DNA from: Octopus sinensis
Lineage: Eukaryota
Assembly: GCF_006345805.1 (NCBI RefSeq)
Contig: NC_043000.1
Location: 78,306,001-78,370,000, forward strand
Direction: 5' to 3'
Length of the DNA stretch: 64,000 nucleotides
Shown: positions 52,740 to 64,000 of the stretch, piece by piece
Numbering within the stretch: the stretch's first letter is position 1
Layout: each line of letters starts with the position of its first letter
Made by a program: the position numbers and the translations under genes
Notes under the pieces: model-generated
The model's database searches: none
Told to the model about the DNA's origin: nothing
What the model saw: the letters and a program-made list of their open reading frames with translations, nothing else

Positions 52740-53995
52740 CGTTGTTTGATCTAGCTGAAATTTTGCATGTGCAATTATTTATATCTCTATAGAGTAAGTG
52801 GCAAATTACAACTCTGAACTAATTGTGGTCTCTGATTTACAGGTGTTTGAACTGAGTCAAGTGTGAAATGAAGCCTGTTGAGTGTCGAGCAGTGATCCGG
52901 TTTTTGTATTTGAAAGGACGCACACCACGGGAGACTTTTGATGAAATGAAAGTAACCTATGGTGATGATGCCCCATCATATGACCTTGTAAAACGCTGGC
53001 ATCGTGAATTCAAACATGGTCGGAACTCTGTGGAAACAGCTCCCGGATCTGGTCGCCCCCCCTTCTGCCATTGATGAGACATCTGTCCGTCAAGTTGAGG
53101 CTGCCATTTTGGAAGATCGACACATAACTATTCGCCAAATAGCCCATCAGGTCAAGATTAGTACCTGGTCTGTGGAGACTATCATTCATGACCATTTGCA
53201 TATGCAAAAGGTGTCTGCCAGATGGATTTCCAGGTTGCTCACACCTTTCCAGAAGCAAGAACGCGTTGAGTGCTCGAGGATGAATTTGGAGATGTGCCAA
53301 GAAGATGAGTCAAATTTTTCAAAAGACTGATTACACAGGATGAAACCTGGGTCCATCACTATGATCCAGAGACCAAAACCCAGTCAATGCAGTGGAAGCA
53401 CCGTGGCTCACCTCCAAAGAAGGCAAGGGTGCAGCCCTCTGCTGGCAAGGTCATGCTCACAGTCTTCTGGGACCAGGGCGGAGTAGTGATGACAGATTTC
53501 CTGGCAAAAGGTACCACAATTACAGGAGCCTATTATGCTTCACTTTTGAGGAAATTAAGAGAAGCTATCAAAATCAAGAGGCGGGGCAAGATCAGCAAAG
53601 GCATCCTCCTCCTGCAGGACAACGCTCCGGTCCACAACTCGCATGTCGCCAGATCAGAAGCACAGGTGTGCGGCTATGAACTCCTACCCCATACCCCCTA
53701 TTCTCCTGACTTGCACCCTCTGATTTTCACCTCTTCCCAGCCATGAAGTTGTTTTTGAAAGGAAAGCGTTTCCCAGATGATGCAGCCTTGATTTCTGAAG
53801 TCACGTCGTGGTTGGAGGACCAAGCTGGGGTCTTCTACAAAAACGGTCTCCAGAGCTGCATCAAACGATGGGAGAAATGCGTAACTCTGGGTTGTTCCTA
53901 TGTAGACAAAGACTAATAACTGTGCCAAATTTCGTTGCTCTACTGCTATGGGAAGTGGGTCGGGGCATTACTTATATTACTTATTGAACGCCCCT

Positions 53996-53997
<2 letters not shown>
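52740..53997 (+). mobile_element. Mariner with near-complete frameshifted transposase
   Basis: HTH start at 52868; DETWVH, QDNAPVH and PYSPDL; right TIR ends at (TA)n. Confidence 0.93.
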
Positions 53998-54051
<54 letters not shown>

Positions 54052-54052
<1 letters not shown>

Positions 54053-54897
54053 TAGCAGAATTGCCCGGCGTTGCTCGGGGCCGAATTGCTTGAAAGTACT
54101 GTTAATGATTGCACTGAATTATGATGATTATTCAGGCAAATATTCATATAAGTTTACGGTGGGAGATAAGGACTTAACGATCAGACGTGTGCCATTGCAT
54201 TGTTTTGGGGGAACCAAATTTCTGATGAGCATTATAGGGGCACCAACTTTAAGTTCGAGAAAGTGTGGTGGTAGTCCGGGGTGCTCAAAGGAATTGAGTA
54301 CCTCTATTGGATAGTTGATGACGTCCTCTGGGTCAGGAGTTGTATCGATAGACTGATATACATAGACTTCCCCAGGAATGAGTTTTAGCATTTCATCATT
54401 AATATGGTGAACAGTTTTATTCGTCGGGGCCAGTATAGCCTTTTTGCCAATCCAATCCATATTCTGATAATTAGCTTGTAGATCTGGGAACACTGCATCT
54501 CTGAGATCAGAAGGCGTCTTAACAATGGTACAAATGGAATCGATGGCAATATTACCATTTTCATCCCCTGGTATTTTGCCTTCGCCAAGTGCAAGGAGGG
54601 TGTGAGGAAATGCTGCTGATGTGATATTACGTCGCATATGAGCACGCATATTGGTGTGAAGTTTGAGAGTTACTTCCCTTTATTTAAAAAATATGCATTA
54701 AAATGGAAAAAAATTATGTTAAATTATTTGTAAAATCGTAGACTCATCGTAGACGCGCGCTAATACCCAGAAGGGCTCGATATGAATCACGGCTATAAGA
54801 TACCCGGTTTTGGTTAAACTGCATCGCAAAATGTGGGAGTAGTTAGGAATCTAAATCGGAGTAGACAGACACACAACCTTTCTTTTATATATAAAGA
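54052..54897 (-). mobile_element. Non-autonomous Helitron carrying a PIF1 helicase fragment
   Basis: TC 5' end at 54897, hairpin plus CTAG 3' end at 54052. ORF 54128-54649 has AILAPTN and GLPPHFLELKVGAPIMLIRNL...CNGTRL. Confidence 0.92.
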
Positions 54898-55750
54898 TTT
54901 TCGTCCTAAAAAACTTTGTATGGATTGAATGGTTACCTCTATGGAAATATATACACGCACATTGTACATACATGTGTGTATAAATGAATATATAAATACA
55001 TTTAAATATCTATATACACTTTTGGGCGATCTTTCTGTTTCTTAGAGATAACTTTAGATCTTATTTTCGTCCTAAAAAACTTTGTATGGAGTGAATGGTT
55101 ACCTCTATGGAAATATATACACACACGTTATACATACATGTGTGCATAGATGAATATATAAATACATTTATATATCTATATACACTTTTGGGCGATCTTT
55201 CTGCTACTTAGAGATAACTTTAGATCTTATTTTCGTCCTAAAATACTTTGTGCGGAGTGAATGGTTACGTCTATGGAAATATATACACACACATTATACA
55301 TACATCTGTGTATAGATGAATATATAAATCCATTTAAATATCTATATACACTTTTGGGCGATCTTTCTGCTACTTGATATACTTTAGATCTTATATTCGT
55401 CCTAAATAACTTTGTATGGAGTGAATGGTTACCTCTATGGAAATATATACACACACATTATACATACATCTGTGTATAGATGAATATATAAATCCATTTA
55501 AATATCTATATACACTTTTGGGCGATCTTTCTGCTACTTGGATATACTTTAGATCTTATATTCGTCCTAAATAACTTTGTATGGAGTGAATGGTTACTTC
55601 TAATAAAATATATACACACACATTATACATACATCTGTGTATAGATAAATATATAAATACATTTAAATATCTATATACACTTTTGGGCGATCTTTCTGCT
55701 ACTTGGATATACTTTAGATCTTATATTCGTCCTAAAAAACTTTGTATGAA
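54898..55750. repeat. ~165-bp tandem satellite, 5 full units plus a partial
   Basis: tcgtcctaaa recurs at 54901, 55067, 55233, 55397, 55562 and 55727. Confidence 0.95.
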
Positions 55751-56043
55751 TTGAAAAAGAAAATGAATTGAAATTTTTAAGAAAGGAATTTGTTTACATA
55801 CATGTGTGAAATGGCAAATGTTTGTGCAGTTGTCCGAAATGGAACCAGGGTAAATGTGTGGAACTGATGTATTATAATGAATAGTCCTTCTTGTTGTGAA
55901 TATTAATTTGATTAATATGAACTGAAAACCAGTGGTGTAGCATATAAGACCATAGGTGATCTTCTAGCAAAAAGGATGACCAGTCTGACTGGCTCATCCC
56001 TGTCACACACTCACACACACGCACACACACACACACGCACCCT

Positions 56044-56096
<53 letters not shown>

Positions 56097-57515
56097 ACGC
56101 ACACACACACACACGTTAGCTTACAATTTTATTTATATATTTGCGTGTCTATGTGTGTAAAGAGGAAGTGGGAGTAATATGCAGAGTAAAGGCTTTGAAG
56201 TGAAAGAGTCAAATGGTAAAATATTTAGTTTTCTCGAATTTTTTCTGAAATGGGGGTGAAATTGAAAGACATTTTGTATGCCATGACCGAATGAAAGTAC
56301 TTTGAAAAATCATAGGTAAACTCTAATTGAAGAAATTGTGTGAGGAGTAAATCGTTATGTATTTATTTGTTTCTGTTTGCTGTGTTCTTTTTTTGAGTAG
56401 TGGTTTAAGGTACACTTCTCTCGTTTTATATAAATACTTTCATTTTAATCGTTGCACACTTGCAAAGAGAAAGGAGGAGAAATTAGGGTGATAGCGTGAG
56501 TGAAGCAGATCGCTCCGTTTTTGTGTGTGTGTGTGTGCGTGTGCTGTAGCCCACACTAAGAAAAGCACTTGACTTACACACCACAATGTGAGTTTTCTCT
56601 AAATTTTGCTGAATTGGGGTTGAAATTTGAAAAACTGGACCTGGCACGACCCGATTTATTCTACTCTTAAAAATGCTAGGTAAATTGTAATTGAAGAAAT
56701 CCTATATTGTAGATTTCTATAAGAGACAAAGGGAGGCAGATAAAATCTGCCTTTTATAATAAGACTAGCAGTATCGCCCGGCGTTGCTCGGGTTTGTTTC
56801 GACCCGCTGGAATTGTAATTTTGAAAAGTAAAAATTTTGTGAACATTTTTCTGGTCGAAATACACCGAAAAGTGGCGACACAGCAGTGAAAAAATCGTAA
56901 AAAATAGGGATTTTCATAGAAAAAAGCATCATTTTGATGTAAATAATTTTTGGTGTTAACATGGTCCGATTTGAATTTTATGTTCTACGGAAGGAAGAGC
57001 AACCCTTCTTCTACCATACTCTAAATTTTGGTCAATTTGCGCCGCAGGGTCTCGGAGGAGATAGTGTTAGTTGAAGGTTACCATTGTAGGTGCCTGAGTA
57101 ACAACCTCGCGGATAATTTTTAAAACTTAAATAATAATTACTTTTACACAAACGCGAACGGGGAAAAGGGGGTGGCGAATTCGATTTACATACCTAAATT
57201 TTTTCTTTTTCATGACATTGTAGCAAAATAGTAGTGAATTATATAAATACCAGCAGTACATTTTTTTTTCTGGGGTATTTTTTTCAACCTCGTCACATAT
57301 TTGCCCCTTTCAATTTAAACTAAGTCTTAATTAAACAATTACGGCAGCTTAGCAATGGTTTCAATACAGGCGTGACATCTGTATCTCAATTGTTCAAAAC
57401 CCTTCGAATTTTTTCGCACGTGATGATATCATAGTGAAAACTCTGTCTGTCTCTTTACACACACTAACAAAAGCACTTCACTTACACACCACACTTTCTG
57501 TGTCGCACAACCCAT

Positions 57516-57556
<41 letters not shown>

Positions 57557-58099
57557 GCACGCACACATGTACATCAATGCTTTCGGAGTGAAATGTTAAA
57601 ATATTGAGTTTTCTCGAATTTTGTCTTAATTGGGGGTGAAATTGAAAGAAATATATTATGGCATGAGCGAATGGAGTACTTTGAAAAATCTTAGGTAAAT
57701 TCTAATTGAAGAAATTGTGTGAGGAGTAAATCGTTATGTATTTATTTGTTTCTGTTTGCTGTGTTTTTTTATTTTTTGAGTAGTGGTTTAAATACTTTCA
57801 GTTTAGTCTTCCTCAAATCACTCTGTCGCTATTTACTTTCATTTTATTCGTTGCACACTGTGTGTGTGCGTTTGCGTGTGGTGTAAACCAGACTAAGAAA
57901 AGCATTTGACACACACACCAGAATGTGAGTTTTCTGTAAATTTTGCTTAATTGGAGTTTAAATTTTAAAAACTGGACCTGGCATGACCCGATGCATTCTA
58001 CTCTTAAAAATGCTAGGTAAATTGTAATTGAAGAAATCCTATATTGTAGATTTCTATAACTCCCAAAGGGAGGCAGATAAAATCTGCCTTTTATAATAA

Positions 58100-58101
<2 letters not shown>
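54898..58101 (-). mobile_element. Two further head-to-tail non-autonomous Helitrons (58101-56765; 56764-54898)
   Basis: Identical 5' ends TCTTATTATAAAAGGCAGATTTTATCTGCC; CTAG|TC junction at 56765/56764; 56200-56760 resembles 57590-58100. Confidence 0.8.
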
Positions 58102-58152
<51 letters not shown>

Positions 58153-58155
<3 letters not shown>

Positions 58156-59900
58156 TCATCATCATCATCGTTTAACGTCCATTTTCCGTGCTAGCACAGG
58201 TTGGACGGTTCGACCAAGGTCTGGGAAGCCAGGGGACTGCACCAGGCTCCAGTCTGATCTGGCAGTGTTTCTACAGCTGGATGCCCTTCCTAACACCAAC
58301 CACTCCTTGAGTGTAGTGGTTGCTTTTTACGTGCAACTGGCACAGAAGCCAGTCAAGGCGGCGCCGGCATCAGCCACGTTTGGATGGTGCTTTTTACGTG
58401 CCACCAGCACAGGTATCACAACTACAATTTCTATTTGATATTTATTTTGATGTTGATGTTGATGTACTTGACTCAAAAGGTCTCCTCAAGCACAGCAGGT
58501 CACCCTACGATCCAAGGTAAGCACAGCAGGTCGTTCTGCAATCCAAGGTATTTCGGATGGGCTGGGGCTATGTGAAACTGGTGCAGGAAGCAGCCATGAA
58601 CTCACATTATTTGTCGGCTCTTTGCAGTCACAGCATATCTCCAGAGATCTCGGTCTTTCGTCATTGTCTCTGTGAGGCCCAACGTTCGAAGGTCATGCTT
58701 GACTACCTCATCCTATGTCTTCCTGGATCTACCTCTCCCCCGGATACCTTCAACTGTGTGGGAGTGGCACTTCTTCACATATCTCTCCTCATCTATCCAC
58801 AGTAAATGACCATACCAGCACAAACGTCTCTCTTGCACACCGTATCTGATGCTTCTTATGTCCAGCATTTCTCTCAGGGCGCTTACACTCTGTCGTGTGT
58901 GCACACTGACGTTACACATCCAGTGGATCATACTAACTCCATTTCTTTCAAGTCTACACATATCTTCTGCAGTCATAGCCCATGTTTCACTACCGTGAAG
59001 CATGGCAGTTTGCACACATCTATCGTACAATCTACCTTTCACTCTGAGCGAGAGACCCTTTGTCTCCAGTAGGGGTAGGAGCTTTCTAAACTTTGCCCTG
59101 ACTATTCGTATTCTAGTGGTGACACTCTCTGAGCATCCACCTCCACTACTAACTTGGTCACCTAGGTAGCGGAAACTATCAACTACTTCTAGTTTTCTCC
59201 CCCTGGAGTGTGATGGAATCTGTTTTCTAAGTATCTGTGGTGTCTATTGCCCCTGTGCATCTGCCGCACATGAAAGCTATCTTCTCGGTTAATTTTCCTT
59301 TGATGTTACTGCACCTCTTATGTATCCATAGCTTACACTGGGTACATCTTATGGAGTTTCTACCTACACCTTTTCTACAGATCGAGCAGGGCCACGTGCC
59401 TGAGGGTGTGTGTGATGTGTTCGCCTTTCTGCTTACTATAGCTTTGGTCTTTGCTACATTTACTCTAAGGCCCTTTCATTCTAAACCTAGCTTCCACATC
59501 CGAAATTTCTTTTCTAGTTCCGGTAGTGATTCTGCTATGAGGGCCAGGTCATCAGCATAGAGGAACTTGCAGGAGCAACCCGTCTTGAATTCCTCTGTTA
59601 CTGCCTGGAGGACTATGATGAATAGAAGGGGACTAAGGGCTGAACCTTGGTGGACCCTTACTTCTACTCGGAATTCTTCACTATACTCGTTGCCAATCCT
59701 AACCTTACTAACAGCTTCTCTCTATAGGGCCTGTACAGCTCTTATCAACCATTCGTCAATCTCCAGTTTCCGCATTACCCACCAGATAAGGGATCGGGGG
59801 ACACTGTCAAAGGCTTTCTCCAAGTCCACAAAAGCTAAGATTTATCTTTAGCTAGGTCTCCTGCAGTTGTCGAACCAGGAATATGGCATCAGTGGTGCTT
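58153..59900 (-). mobile_element. 5'-truncated RTE LINE (PHD family, second subfamily), decayed
   Basis: FVDLEKAFD, HQGSALSP, YADD, PHD, LHGSETW and an (ATG)n tail. Confidence 0.93.
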
Positions 59901-60046
59901 CATATATATACACACACATATACATGTAGACAAACATATATATGCATACATATATATAATATATATACATACATATATACATAGACAGACTTATGCATGC
60001 ACATATACCCACATGCATATGTGTACTTATATGTGTACTTATATGG

Positions 60047-60293
60047 ATATACATATGTGAATATATGTACATACATACACTCACATGCATATACATACAC
60101 ACTTGCACATATAGGAGTTGGCTATACGTTTTATGGTTATATTGGTAGACCATATGTGTACTTATATGGATATGTGTACTTATATGCATATACATATGTG
60201 AATATATGTACATACATACACTCACATGCATATACATACACACTTGCACATATAGGAGTTGGCTATACGTTTTATGGTTATATTGGTAGACCA
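60047..60293. repeat. 141-bp-period tandem duplication in a microsatellite-rich tract
   Basis: Block ending ...ggttatattggtagacca occurs twice. Confidence 0.85.
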
Positions 60294-61474
60294 TAGCTTC
60301 TAGCTTGGAATCCAAATGAAATGGCTTGAATTTGGCAAAAACCTTTGTTCTAGTAGGGTAATGTGGTACTTGAATTGGATTATTTACAGCGGCTAATAAA
60401 AATACAGGAAGTATGCTCTACTGGATGTATAATGTTAGTGTGCATGAATGGCAGAAGACAAATGAAAAAGTTGGATGTAAGAAGAATCACATGTAATGTG
60501 TAAAGAAGTGTGCACTGGTACCAGATGTGGGATGTATATGAAAGCTGTCAATTGTATAAAGTAGTGATGAGTGCTTGACGTAGATTGGATTTGAGGACGA
60601 AAAATACGAAAAATACAAATACGTAGGACAAAATAAAGTATTGAAGACTGGTCACAAGTAGGTGAATTTCATGAAGTAGATGACAAAGAACTATACTGAT
60701 TGGTGAAGTGTAGCACTAGAGAAAACTTCATTCATCAGTGCAAGTATAGTAAAAATGTCAGTAAAATAATGATGATGACAAAGGTTGGGATATTTACCAT
60801 ATTGAATCTTTCATTCATTATACCCCTGTTAAGTTTCCCTTTACTACCTTCTTCAGTGCTTCTTTATTAATCCCAAATCCCCTCTCCTGTTCATTGTTAC
60901 ATGCCAATGCCACTGATATGATTAAGAATGACATTTGATTTGTCCTTATTCATTCTTTCCATATGAAACCACTAGCACTCTATCCCTCTTCCACCATCAA
61001 TCCTTATCATTCTACCTCTACTTCTTCATCGTCACCTCTTATTACTCTCTCTCTCTCCCCCACTATCACCTCCCTCATCACTCTATCTCTCTCCCATTTT
61101 GTCTGTGTGAGGAAGAATGGTATGCAGATTTTTCAGTATTTAGCAAAAACTGATATTAACCTTTTATGCTGCTAGCCATCCATGACTCTTTGTCATTAAC
61201 ATATACTACTCTTACTTACCATCACCCAGACTCTTTTGTTATCCATCACTCACTCTCTCCTACCATGACTCATCTTTTTTACTATCCTATAATACAACTC
61301 CTATTTTCTGTTCAATCTTCTTGCCAACAACAAACATTTAGCTGTCACACTCATGTACATACATACACACACACACCAGCGTAGCTAGTGGGGGAAGGTA
61401 GGGGCAGTCCACCCCAGGTGGCACTTTAAAGGGGGCACCACTTTTGGGTCTGCTGTAGGCAATGTGTTTTTTCT

Positions 61475-62358
61475 GGTAATGTATCAGCCAATTCCAACCA
61501 AGCCCTACGTTGAACCCAACATCACCATCAATGGGCAGCAACTGAATGCGGTGGACAAGTTCACCTACCTTGGCAGCACACTCTCTAGAAGTGTTGACGT
61601 CGATGAAGAAATCAATGCCAGACTCACCAAGGCAAGCGCTGCCTTCGGCAGGCTACATAAGACTGTCTGGGACAGGAGGGGGTTCACCATCATGACAAAG
61701 ATCAAGGTGTACCGGGCTGTTGTTCTCACAACGCTGCTTTACAGCTGCTAGCCCTGGACGGTCTACCAGTGTCATGCCAGGAAGATGAACCACTTTCATA
61801 CAATATGCCTCTGAAAACTTCTTGGCATAAAGTGGCAGGACAGGATCCTGGACACCAAGGTACTAATACGTGCTAACCTGCCCAGCATCTATACCATCTT
61901 GATGCAGTCTCAGCTTCGCAGGGCAGGGCACATAGCTCGCATGTCAGACAATTGATTACCAAAAAGATTGCTCTTTAGTGAGCTGCAAAAGGGAAAGCGC
62001 TCACAAGGCAGGCAAAAGAAGCACCTTAAGGACACACTGACAGCCTCACTGAAAGCTTTCAACATCGACCATAACACTTGGGAGCAGTCTGCTCTAGACA
62101 GAGAAGGGTGGCGATCAGCTTTCCACAAGGGTGACAACACATGCGAGACCAATAGGATCACTGCTGCAGAAGACCGCAGACAAGCCAGGAAGAACAGAGC
62201 TAACAACCCTGTAGCAGGCACTACCATTCCCTGTCCACACTGTCAGAGAATCTTTCGGGCACAGATTAGCCTTGCTAGCCATCTGTGGACTTACAAAAAA
62301 AGCCCACCTCCACCCCAGAATGACTAGATGGTCTTCGTCACATCGATGGACAAACTAC
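61475..62358 (+). mobile_element. RTE (BovB-like) 3' fragment nested in a small TIR element (~61378-62427)
   Basis: FTYLGSTLS, KASAAFGRL and CPHCQRIF finger. Flanks cagcgtagctag / ctagctacacta. Confidence 0.88.
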
Positions 62359-64000
62359 ATTTTTGTGGGGTCTGGGGGTGGCAAACGGAAGGGCTGCTCC
62401 AGGCAGCACACATTCTAGCTACACTAGAGCACACACTCTAGCTACACTAGTGCACACATACACACACACTCTCTCTCTCTCTTACACATACACACACACA
62501 CTCTCTCTCTCTTACACACACACACGCACACACACTCTCTCTCTCTCTAGTTATCTGTGTATATATATATACACACACACACTCACTCTTACACATTCTC
62601 TTTCTCCCTCTCTTTCTCTATCAATATGTTCATCTATCTATCTACATTTCTCCCCCACCTTCATCCTATCACTTTGTTTTTCTTAGGACACACTCATATC
62701 TCTCCTCTTTCACCTTCTTGGACATCACTGTCTTCTATTCATATTCAAATTAATGATGAGGATCTTTACTTCCATTTTTAGATGTAATTATAAGAAGTGA
62801 AAACATTACATATTTTGTGAAAAGTTTGTAAATTTTTTAAAGCTATTATTTTCACAGACATAAAGTTTTCCTGTCCTAACCAACATTGAAATGAGAGTAG
62901 AACTATAATAATATCCAGCTGGGTAATTGTGTGAACTATAATATCCAGCTGAAGCATTATGTGTTGAATAGAAAATAAAATATAAAAACTGTAGGTGGTC
63001 ATGATGTTATGTGAAGTAATTAATAACATCCTGAGCCTAACATTTTGATGGTGTTACATTTCTTTTCTCAACAAATGTTACGATCTGATTTATGTAGATA
63101 TAGGCTATCAATAAGCCATTGGTTCTTGGGTAGAGCTGAGATGGCTGTTGGAATAACATATTCATAGATTATAAGTTCAAATTTGATGTAAGTGCATCAT
63201 TTTTGCTTCACAAAACATTTTTGTATGCATTGCTGCAGTTCAGCTTGGGTCCATCCAAATTGACTGAGAAAATTATTTGTAACAAATCAAATAAGATATC
63301 AAGCTTTTACAGACACAGTGTGTTAAAAGCACAATAAATATCAGACAGAGATGAAAATTCTTCCCAGCAGCAGTGGCCAGTGTGAGTGGAAGATGTGTTT
63401 CAGCTTTTGGAGCCTTTTTAGTGGTGCATGCTGGCAGCCAATTACATGCTTGGATGATTCATTATCTCTGATATAGGAAAATATGAATGAAACAGTCACT
63501 GATATTGTAAATAGCTGCCCAGCTGATTAAAAATCTAGTATATGCAACAGAGGTAGTATTTAACTAAAATAGCCATCTCTATATCATACTTAATGTGTAC
63601 ACACTGTCAATAGGCCAGTTATTCCAATGTTTGTCCTGGTACAATCTCTTATCTCTTAACACAACAAGTTCATAAAATGGCTGTAGTGATAGATATATTT
63701 GGGTCTCAATTACAACTTCCTTGTTCCTCCCCTCCCCCACTCTACTGTACAGCTACCTTTTTGATACCCTCTCATTTCTTTATCACTCATCCTATTTACT
63801 GCACCATACTACCTGTGTAACTGAGAATGTCACTGGAACTCACCAAATTCAATACCTCTACCATCATTCTCATATCACTACCTATTCCATTCAACACAAT
63901 CCCCAATATAAGAGGAGTCATATTGGTTCAGCTTGTTTTTCATACATTCTACTGTCACCTTTTTCTGTGGGACCAGTTGTCACTACTCACCTCTTTTTCC

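Noticed and set aside
54128-54649. Host PIF1 helicase gene
   Set aside because: It is a fragment bounded by Helitron termini, with no splice structure.
62782-63380. Further plus-strand exon candidates
   Set aside because: Each AG...GT window I tested has a stop in the phase needed to follow 45956-46089.

Overview
Repeat-dense eukaryotic DNA, most likely an octopus or other coleoid cephalopod (inferred from the tRNA-derived SINE family, (TA)n/(CA)n microsatellites and RTE LINEs). The one host gene I can support is missed by the ORF track. It is a complete 4-exon TMEM254-like gene on the minus strand (CDS 33627-33532, 26901-26801, 20512-20453, 6225-6117; 366 nt, 121 aa; all GT-AG introns, phases 0/2/2). 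A divergent plus-strand transcript may start from the same promoter region. The rest is transposable elements: RTE LINEs, L1/Tx1 pieces, a Penelope, Gypsy and Helitron remnants, mariner/Tc1/hAT/piggyBac-like elements and MITEs. Best leads: (1) an RTE family with a C4HC3 PHD finger inside the reverse transcriptase; (2) an ORF1-only (HAL1-like) element sharing its 3' tail with ORF2-coding Tx1 elements; (3) a 557-bp tandem unit carrying a minimal hammerhead-ribozyme motif; (4) an RTE ending in three C2H2 fingers; (5) a ~1-kb extremely AT-rich island inside a hAT element; (6) a head-to-tail Helitron stack with a 165-bp satellite. All homology calls come from motif recognition by eye, not database searches.
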